Shown here: piece by piece, positions 54,529-64,000 of the stretch | How the letters are laid out: every line of letters begins with the position of its first letter | How positions within the stretch are numbered: position 1 is the stretch's first letter | DNA from: the human T2T-CHM13v2.0 reference genome, Homo sapiens | Direction: 5' to 3' (one strand) | Length of the DNA: 64,000 nt | NCBI RefSeq assembly: GCF_009914755.1 | Contig: NC_060929.1 | The notes under the pieces: model-generated | What the model saw: the letters and a program-made list of their open reading frames with translations, nothing else | Databases searched by the model: none | Told to the model about the DNA's origin: nothing | Made by a program: the position numbers and the translations under genes

Positions 54529-55831
54529 TGATTTGCAGTTTGGTCAATGAATGGAAGGGAAGACATACTAGATATGGTGACTATAGAAAACTGGAAATTT
54601 GACAGGAATGAAGGGGAGAAATAGGTCAACTGTATAAGAAGGAGAAGGAAGGATACAGCTGGGGAAATAATTATTTTTAAGGTGGTGAGAAATTGAGTAC
54701 GTTTGGATGCTCATGGAAGGGGCCCTGGAAAGGGAGAAACAGCTGACACAGCTTTAAAAACTTGAGGGTACAAGGTAAGATAAATGGGTCAAAGGTGCTA
54801 GGTGAGGGAAGATCACTTATCATGAGAAGAGATGTTATTATTCTCTATGATGGGAAGACGTTGATGAATGGCTGAGGTCCAGGATCTCTGCAAACTCTGC
54901 TAGCTGCCTGTGGACATCTGTGTGCAGAGGCCTCAGGGAGACAGAGCTGGCAAGTTCAGCAAATGCATGTTTAGCTTACTATTTTCAATGTAGGCCCAAA
55001 TTGTTCCAGTGTTGGAACATGACCTGATGAACCTGGTCTGGTCCAAGTGTAAGAGGCAAAATTTTGGTACCAAATGGGACAGGAAGGCCAAAGCACCCTG
55101 GGTGAAAGCCTCTGTCTCCTGCTTCCTTTCACCTAGGTGCTCCTCTCCTTGAGGCATTCCATTGCTTCCCTTTACCCCCACAGTTTATGGAGAGATGAGA
55201 TGAGCAAACACCAAAGGAAAAGCGCCTTGGGAGACACTGCATCCTTCTCCTTGCACGACTTGTCTAAGTCATGCATTTCTTTCCTCCCGCCTTCTGCATT
55301 CTGCCCTGGTGCTGACGGTCCTTCCAAAAGGAAGAAATCTTCCCAGGTATTGGCTGTGTCCTAAATAGCTGAGAACTGAAACTATCTAAGTGAAAGGCTT
55401 AGTAGACATTAATCAAACCAAAAAGAGACAGATAATTATGATATACAAAGAGAAGGATTTAAAAATAGTGTATGAAAGAAGAGAAATCTACAAGGAAGAA
55501 ATTCTAAAAGAAACAATTCTGAAAGGAATTCACCAGGTGGATTCTGCAAGTTCTTTTTTTTTAACAGAGTCTTGCTCTATGTGTAAGTTTTAATCTTCAC
55601 ACTGAGATGTCTACTAATTGCACCATCATGTACCAACAGTGACCCTGACTTTGAGTCTTATTCTGGCCATTCAATATAGAGGAGTGAGTGAACCTCTGAA
55701 TAAACCAGGGGTAGGGGAATGAAAAAAATTATAAATAGATAACCTGCGGATGGGAAAAACAGTGATTGGAACAATGGAAATATTGATTGGGAACAGCAGA
55801 GAGTCACTAAAGTACAGTCACATACTTATAT

Positions 55832-56530
55832 CTCATTCATTCATTCATTCATTCATTCATTCAATGCTGAGTGGATTTGGATAAATGTTTACTGAAGACA
55901 CACCCTGTGCCTGTCTTCCCTGTGCCTGGCAGTGAAAATGCTCATGAAATGATTCCTTCTGTGCTCTTGAGGAGTGTCCAGTCTAGTGAGAGGGACAGCT
56001 GAAAACTAAGTGATAGCATAGTGTCACATGCGAAGTGATGGCTTGAATAAAAGTACTTATTTCAGCACCAGGAGGTGAAGAAATGCTTTCCTGAAAAAGT
56101 CACTCTAATCTGAGAATTGACAGTACCCAGTTAGGTAAAACAAAAACAAACTGGTGAAAGTGTACCAGGCCAGAGGAGGAGGACAGTGTGTAGACCAGAG
56201 GACACCAAGGCCCAGAGGAAGGGCAGAAACTGACCCATCCGGAAGACAAGCACGGTTGGAGCCCAGGATTCCAGGCGGCGACTGCATTTGATGAAGTTAA
56301 AGAGTGGTGCAAGGCTTAGATTTTGACTTGCGGCAGACAGAAATCTTTGAATTGATTGGCGTTTTTAGAAGAATCACTTGGGATTAGCTGGGGTAGAGAT
56401 TGGAAGAAGCGGACCAGTGACCAGAGACTATCCAAGGGTATAGGTAAGAGGGTCTGCCCCATGGTTGCATCCCGTAAGGTGGATAAAGGCAGCATGTTTG
56501 TTCACATTAAGAAGATAGACTTGACAAGAG
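55832..56530 (-). mobile_element. L2 3' end with (CATT)n terminus
   Basis: (TCAT)n at 55833-55863 then AAATGTTTACTGA...TGTGCCTGGCA...CAGTCTAGTG. Confidence 0.75.
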
Positions 56531-57373
56531 GGTTTTTTTCAGGGGGCAGGGGTTGTGAAATCTGGCTGTAGACTAGTTTTACTTGCATGCATTTGATTGA
56601 AAGTGCTCCACTATCCTTGCCCAGGAATTTTAATTTCTGTTAGCATCCACACAGACAGGCAGAGTGGAGGGGCAGTGTGGGGGCAACCACAGGCTGAACA
56701 GATGTTTATGGGTGAGTAGCTATCAGTGAAACAAGATGACTGCATTTGGTGCAAGATTAAAACTTGCACAGGCATAGCGTGACAATTTCTATATTGGCTT
56801 CCATTTCTTAAGCATCTGCTAGGTATTTTACATATTTAACTGTGCTCCCCCTCTGTGTATGAGAAAAGGGAATCTTGTGGGAATCAGGCAAGGTTCTCAG
56901 CCAACTGGATGTAAGTCATAGGTGAGAGTCAAGGTCGGGGCATCTAACCCTAATGGCCGTGTGTGAGGGGGAAAGCCTTGGGCCTACCTCGATTCTCCCA
57001 CTGGGAAGGGAGCTCCTAGTGTGAGTGCTGCTTACTTCAGCCTCCTCACCCGAGCCTGAGCTGGATCTCTGGAAGAATGAGCTGGGCGGGCTCACTCAGC
57101 CTTGTCCCTGTCCTCTTTGGGTGCATCTGCTGCCCAGCATGTCTGCCCCACAGGTCCTCATCAAGAATGAGGGTGATGCTCCAAGGAGGCATCTACCCAT
57201 TTACTTCTCTACTGATGCAGAGTCCCAGGTGGGGCAATGGGTGGATTGTAGGGGGGCCCTTCCGAGACCCAACCCCTGTGTGGGACATTCTATGTCACAC
57301 ACATACTGGTTTGTGTGTTTTCGTTCCTGTAAGTGACTCTGGTACCGAAGGTCCGCCCTCCTCCTGCCCTGGA

Positions 57374-57410
57374 TGACGTCACTCACCATGACCGCAGCCC
57401 GCTGATGTCA
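57374..57410. promoter_or_regulatory. Full CRE plus CRE-like site in a locally CpG-enriched patch
   Basis: TGACGTCA at 57374-57381 and TGATGTCA at 57403-57410. Confidence 0.35.
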
Positions 57411-60400
57411 GGCCCTTGGGTGAACACCCACGAGCATCCGCTGAGCCGCGGGAACCCTGGGACCCAGGCCTGGATGCCAATTCCGGCGCCAACACCAAGG
57501 GCATCAGCCTCCACCTGTGGAGATTTCTCTCCATTGTGCCTGAATTCTTTGACTTCCTTTCAAAATATTATAGGCACCTTGTACAACAGTTTTACTGTTG
57601 CTATTGGAAATGCTATGAAATCAACATATCAACGTACTATGTTTGTTCAGAGCAGGTTTTCTTGTATTTAATATTTCCTGCTGTCATTTTCTTTTTGTGA
57701 TTCTTTTTCGTATAACCTTTAGTGCTGAACTTTTGTCAGAAGTTTCTGCCTTCACTAATCTGTGCATAGGAAGAAATTAAATTCATTTTACCCTGAATTT
57801 GTCTTACATTAGAAATATTTTGTAGCAAATGAGTAAAAGCAGAATTTTATTTTGAACAAAAATTACAAGCAGTTATGAAAATAATGTACTAAGGCAAAAA
57901 GAAAAAGATAAAAGCAGCTTAACCAGTGCTGGTAATATTGACCTTAATTCCAGTGCTTTGTCTCCAACTAGGACTGTGATGAGGAGAACTTTCCTATTTC
58001 TGGTGTCAGCTTTGGCAATTAATTAAACAAACTAAAACCCCTTAGGCTTTTAAGGATTTTGTTTTTTTTAAAAATATTTTCTCCGTGTGCTGGGAAAAGC
58101 CAAAGCCATCCTATGGAGTTGGATGTGTGTGTCGGGGTTGTGTGTCGGGAGCTTTTTCGCTCTTCAGTCATTGATTTGAATGAAGATTTTTGAATTATTG
58201 AGCTTCACATCTGGCCCTGATATTGAACCATCTATCTTGTGTGGATCAGAATATGCTTCTTACACATCAATCCAGTTTGCAAGAATCATCTACAGCGAAT
58301 GATTTGGTTCTAGGCAAATATGGTTTATGCTCTTAAAAAATACAGTGGCTCACTATAAAGTAATAAAATTGAAACAATAATAATTTTAGTTTTCCCCTAT
58401 TAGTTTAAAATGTAGGTGGTGTCTAGGGGTGAGAAAGGTATTTCATTTCTTAAAAGCCCTAAGAAAGTTTATTATATTATAGAGAAGGATATACAGGAGA
58501 AAGAGCCAGATCTGTTTCTCACATATTAAGCAGTTACATTTTTTACCCTAATAAAAATGTCTAACATTTTTTGCTTGTGACATAGATAAATACATGATGA
58601 TTTTACAAAGACGTTTACATCACAGAGAATCACAAAAAAGAAACAAATCACTTGAAATATCAGTGTTCAGTACGCAGAAAAATTTAATGATCTTTCAGAT
58701 ATTTACATATACATGTATGGACATGTATATATCTAAATATACCATTTATAAATGCACATCAAATATTTAATAATGTATAGAATACATACACATATAAAAA
58801 ATAAATGTGTATGGGTTAAGAAACAGAGCACATATAAATAAGTGGACACAAAATGGGACATGTGTCTTTCTCAATGTATTTAAAAAACAATTCAACATTA
58901 ATTTTCAACAATTTAAACTCAAAATTCTACTTTATCTTTACAAACAGAAGACATTTTTACTGGAATAAGAGTTTAAATATTTTGTATTATTTGGAATTAC
59001 TACCTACAATTACTCTATTTTTAAATTTCTTTTAGAGCAGTTGGAACATCTAAGCCTTGTCCCGTTCCCCTTCCACTAAGGAATCTTTGCTTCTTAGCTA
59101 AGAAATGCAACAGCAAATTTAAGAGCAGCAATTTTTCCTCAGGAGTAATGTTTTTTTCTGAGTGCAGGCAGGATGTGATATCCTCCTACAGTCCTCAAAT
59201 GTACCTTTTTGTTTCAGTGTATAGAGAGCCGATATTATGTTTTCCAAAATAATATAAAGCCAGTGAATATATAAAGAAACTAAAATGGCTGTGCAACATT
59301 ATGGGCAATATAAGAAGTACTTTTATTTTTATTTCTACTTAAATAAATGTTGTTCTGTTTAGTGGAGGTCTAATTTATTATTCACTGATGGTAATTAGCT
59401 TGCTTATTTTCCAGCTTCATGTCTCCTGGCTTCATGTTGTTGATAAATCCGAATTGAATTTTCCTTTGTTTTCTTTTCTAGCACTTGTGCTTTAAATCTC
59501 CAGCCATTCCAGAAACAACATCTTTTCGACCTTTCAGGTGCTTTGCTAAAACACTTTAGTTCATCTATATTCTATGAGTCCCAAATGGACCGTTTCATAA
59601 GTCCAACTTACTTTTTATTGATTGGTTTTAACATTTATTAAAAACCAACAACTTGCTTTGTTTTCAATGAATAACAAATCAAAACCAGCTTAAACTGTGA
59701 TACTTATTCTCAGCTCCATTGAAGAAGATGCATTTCTTCCTGGATTCAAGGCGTGATCATTACAAAGCAATACAAAAATTTGATACTCTGAATATACTTG
59801 ACCTAATAATGAAAAACACACTGAATATCAATGTGGAATCTGTTTTATCTTCTTTCCCTCTTAATGCTTTGTAGCATATGCCTAACACTACAGAATCTTT
59901 GGGTGCTTTTCTGAGGCTGAAGGAAAACTAGGACATGCTCGTGGGTGTTTGCATAGAAACATTAAGAGATGCCTTCTACAGATGACAAAGATGATTTTCC
60001 AGAGGTGTCACGAATATCTGGAATGTCACTCCCCTTGTCCCCTGACACGCACATTCTTCAGTTGAGAGGTTTTAGACACCTTGGGTCTCTATTTGAGTCG
60101 CTAGGAAAAGCTCAAGGCAAGAGTCTCTTTGCAGATGCAGTTCTTTTTAGAAATGAAAATATCTTGGCCACTGTATATGTTAGAAATGACTGTAAAATGC
60201 TTTTCACAGTACTACCAGACATATTCTCTTTGGTTCTGTCTTTAATCTTAAAACTGGGAGATCACAAAAGTGAAAATCCATAAAGAAACAAATCATAGAC
60301 AGTACTTCCAATTTTTTCAGTCATTTCAACGTCTTTTTTGAGAAGTGAAGAACAGGTACTATTTTCATTTCTTAGAAAGGAAAATGTCACAGTGAGGTCA

Positions 60401-61724
60401 CAGTTTAGGAGTGACAAGTTTCCCTGTCTCAGCTTCGTCTCTTCTCCCTGTAGGTTGTCTCCCCACAGAACAGCAGCCGCTGCCACTGCAGAGTGCCACA
60501 GAATGGACCAAAGACAAAGGCCAAGGTGGAGGATAAAATCGTCTCCACCCCTGCTTGCCTGGGGCCTCAGCTGAGCATCATTGTTGGAATAACTCAACCA
60601 ATGTTGATGTGATACCACTGGCAGCTCTTCCTTGGGTCTGAAAAATCTGTGGCAAACAAGCTTCCTAACACGAACTTATCTCCTCAGTGCTCACGGTTAA
60701 AACAAGTTTTCCCAAAAAATTAATGAGTATTTCCATAAGGGATGAAAATATTTTAAAAACTTGAATCACACTTCAAGACAAAAGCCTGAAGATGGAGCTT
60801 TGAGTCCTGACTCCCTGCCTGAGGTTCTCATCTGTGGAATGTTCCAGCAGTTGCATCCATCTTCCTGTTTTCTGTATGGTTGCTTGCCCCCTAAGTGAAC
60901 ACATTTACCTCTTCTACAGAAAGTCCTGGATTGAAAGAAGCTGTTTTGGGGGACCTGAGCTGTCACCACTTGTTTCCTCAGAGAGATTTGGCAGAAGGGG
61001 TGGCTGTGTAGCCCTGTCCTCCCCCTGCTCCTCAGCAAAACCTTCTGGGAGAGGCTTTCCCCAGGGAAGGAGGAGGAATGCTCTTCCCGCGAGGGTGGCA
61101 AACGGCAGCCGAGCCTCCTGGTTAGAGCTTCCAACAAACTCTCAGTGCCCAACTGTGGGGGATTTCTTCAAGGCAAAACAGAAACAGTTAATTCAGAAAT
61201 CTCTGTGCTTTTATGCTGATTTTGTTACTTAAGTTGCTTTAATACCTGTATGAAAGCAGAATATAAAATTAGCAAATGGACTTTTCTAAATCATTTCATT
61301 TTCTTTCAAAAATAACTTAAAAATTTTTTTTTTTTACCTGAAGTGATCAACATTGTACGTTCTGAAAGTGTAAAGGGACTGAAAAGACAGGCTGAAAAAT
61401 AAAGTAAGAAGAAGATTGTACAACATTTCTAGCTGCCTTTTTTTCCTTTGATAAGGGAACCCATGCAGTCAGCTAAGAGCTGCCACCAAGATCAAGGCCC
61501 TGCAGGGCACCGATGAGCAGGATCACCGGGAGCGCTGTGTTTACAGGGATTTCATTTTTCATTTTGAAGGGTTGCCACGTCACTTTCCCAAGTTTTGCGG
61601 GGCAGAGTGAGGCTTCATCAAGACACGCATCCATGGACTGGGCGAAATTCCAGTGTCCATTATTTCCTGGGGAAAGCGTGTAAGAGGCTCTCTCTATCGC
61701 TCTTCTTACTTCTGCATCCCCCAG

Positions 61725-61902
61725 AACACACATACACAGTCACAGTCACACATGTTTGCACCAAACACGGCCTCACTCTCACAAGACACTCACGAAGGTA
61801 CGTTGACAGTCTCACAGGGTCACAAACATGCACTAGAAATCTGACACACACACACACACATCCAATCTCTCTCTGACACACACACACTATCTCACACACA
61901 CA
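61725..61902. repeat. Degenerate (CA)n tract
   Basis: Directly visible. Confidence 0.8.
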
Positions 61903-61915
61903 TGCTCCTCTGCTC

Positions 61916-61926
61916 TGCTGAGTCAT
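61916..61926 (-). promoter_or_regulatory. Consensus ARE/NF-E2 (CNC-sMAF, AP-1) site
   Basis: TGCTGAGTCAT (ATGACTCAGCA on minus); E-box CACGTG at 61949-61954. Confidence 0.35.
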
Positions 61927-63794
61927 CAGTCTTGGATCTCAGCCTCAGCACGTGTGGGGCCTGCCCTGTGGGAGGCTGTTGAACACAGAGGGAAGCTGAG
62001 GTTGCACTGTCCACCTCCTCATTACCATAATGATTGCGTTCAGCATCCTTCATCAGCACAGGAGCACTAAGGGTTGGAGAGGACGTGCATCACCTTTACT
62101 CGCACAGCTGCTCACATCGGGCACTTGAGACGTGTATTTGCTGGGACACTTGGGAGTGAAATGGCTTGTGGAATTTAGTCTCGTGTCAGTCTTCAGCTTT
62201 AAGTTTCAAGCGATCCTGCTCTGGGAATAAATATTGAGTACGACGTAGAAAAGAGCTTTTCTTCAAGGACCTCTGAAAGCCATGTAAGCACCATTCTTTG
62301 ATAAACGTTCTCATCCCAACTGATGGAGGGAAAAGCCAGGAACAGGGTCCCAGGGAGGCCAAAGGGGTTCCCGACTGGGAATGAGAAGCCATCCCTTCAG
62401 GACTCTGCTGTGCCCCGACAGCAGGCACAGGAGGCGTGGTCCCTGCCTTTCCCCCACCTCACCTGCCCTTTCCCGCTGGAGTAAATGGGAAGAGAGCTCT
62501 GCTCAAGCCTCAGCCTCCAGGACTCTCCATCATACCAGCTGCCTCAGGCAAATTAAGCACAGCAAATGCTGCTCTGTTCAGGGCTCCTCCCTGTTTATTG
62601 CAAGACGGTGGTTCTCAAACCTGACCTTCTGGGACACTTAACGATTACCCTTGACTTTTGAATCTCTCCATGATATCTGATAACAGTCGAGTGTGGATTT
62701 CTTGGTGAAGTGAGGTCTCTCCCTCCACCTTTGCCCATGGAATTGAGTGACGGTCACCCCTCATTGACTCTGCGGAGAGCTGGTGCCTCCTACAGCAGAA
62801 CAAGCAGGAAATAGCGCAGCAGAGAGCATCTTACAAGCCAGAGGGGCAGCAGAGGCAGCACGGGGCAGAGCTGGGCGGTGAGGAAACTGAGCATCAGCTG
62901 CTGGAGCAGCTGCCGTGAGGGAACTGGCTGGGTTTATCTCAAGAGGCTGTGCTGCTGGGGCCGACCATTGGTGGGAGGTCCCATGCTCACCGGGACATAA
63001 GGCCGCCTGTGCACGAACCGTGTGGCAGCTGGCGTCCTTTGTTTCAACAAACAGAACTGCATTTCCAACTAAAAAACCCAAGTGTGAAATTCGTAGACAC
63101 CGTGTATCAGAGGGAAGAACTTGAGAAGATTAACTAAACTTCTGGAACCTCAACCGCTCTCCCTTGTGCACCTCACGCCTCGATGAGATGATGAAATGTG
63201 ATACCGCGCATATCGATGGTGGGAAAAATGTTACGTGTCATTCAGAGCCTTTGTCAGACGTTTATTAAAGTCTCGTTTCAGGTTTGGAGGGTACTATTTA
63301 GAAGTCTTAATTTCCGAATTGGATCCTATAATTATCTCAGGGTTTAATAACCCGTCAAAAGCATAGCAGAGAAGGGAAAAAGAGTATAATTTTGCCTGCT
63401 CATATGAGGAACTATTTATTGATTTCCCTTGGGGTCCTGAGCAGAAGGAGCTGTGTTAAGAAATACTTTGGCTCGAAGTACCCAGCTGTTGTAAGTGGTT
63501 TTGGGTGTGGACTCTTACGGCCATGGTCCTAAATGATTCAAATTGTAAGGTGGCAGGCAGAAGTCACACTTTTCTGATAAATGTTAAACTTAGTTACCTT
63601 CATTATATCAACATCATCAAAATCAATTGTGTGTCTGTTTGTTTATTGTGGTGGAGGCTGCTCTAGAGCTGCAGCCACATCATGGGATCTCTGCTACCCC
63701 AGCTTTCCCGCACATTCCAGGCTTAGAGACACATGGAATAAGTGAATGATGAACAAGTGAAATCAGCAACATTCAGCCCAATCATGATCAACTG

Positions 63795-63930
63795 GTCTCT
63801 CATCTGAAAGCCGCAAAGGTCAGAGATCTGCTGGTCTAAACCCTGTTTTGTTGTGAGGAGGATGACATCCCAGTGGATGGATTTACCAGCCAAGGCCATC
63901 ACTTTACTGAGTGTCTAGAAACCGCATCTG
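63795..63930 (-). mobile_element. MIR fragment
   Basis: AGAGATCTGCTGGTCTAAACCC...CCAAGGCCATCAC. Confidence 0.4.
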
Positions 63931-64000
63931 GAGGCCCCTAGGGCAGTGCTGTGTCCCCCTTTCACCCACTACACCCTTCTGTGAATCCTGGCAACCTTCA

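Noticed and set aside
53465-54629. Long ORFs up to 360 aa (F/L/P/S-rich or K/E/G/R-rich)
   Set aside because: Stop-poor translations of the GA/TC low-complexity tract and Alu arm, not genes

Overview
This is repeat-rich, apparently non-coding simian primate DNA, most likely human (AluY, THE1B, L1PA, HML-3 and MER85 are present). I cannot support any protein-coding gene, RNA gene or CRISPR array. The listed ORFs are repeat- or low-complexity-derived, apart from remnants of HML-3 gag, L1 ORF1/ORF2 and a MaLR internal ORF. Positions ~1-56,500 are a nested stack of L1, L2, MIR, Alu, MaLR/ERV LTRs and DNA transposons. Largely unique sequence occurs at ~37.0-39.1 kb and ~57-64 kb and carries candidate regulatory motifs. 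I found no new multi-gene biological system. The strongest signals are mechanistic scars: (1) an Alu/HML-3 deletion junction sealed by a 17-nt inverted copy of a MER85 end ~740 bp upstream; (2) an 80-bp twin-primed L1 micro-insertion with TSD; (3) an L1PA with a 17-nt 3' transduction-like tag; (4) an ~850-bp polypurine tract enclosed by an Alu monomer's TSD. Repeat family names come from recalled consensus sequences, not a database search. Boundaries without a stated TSD are approximate.
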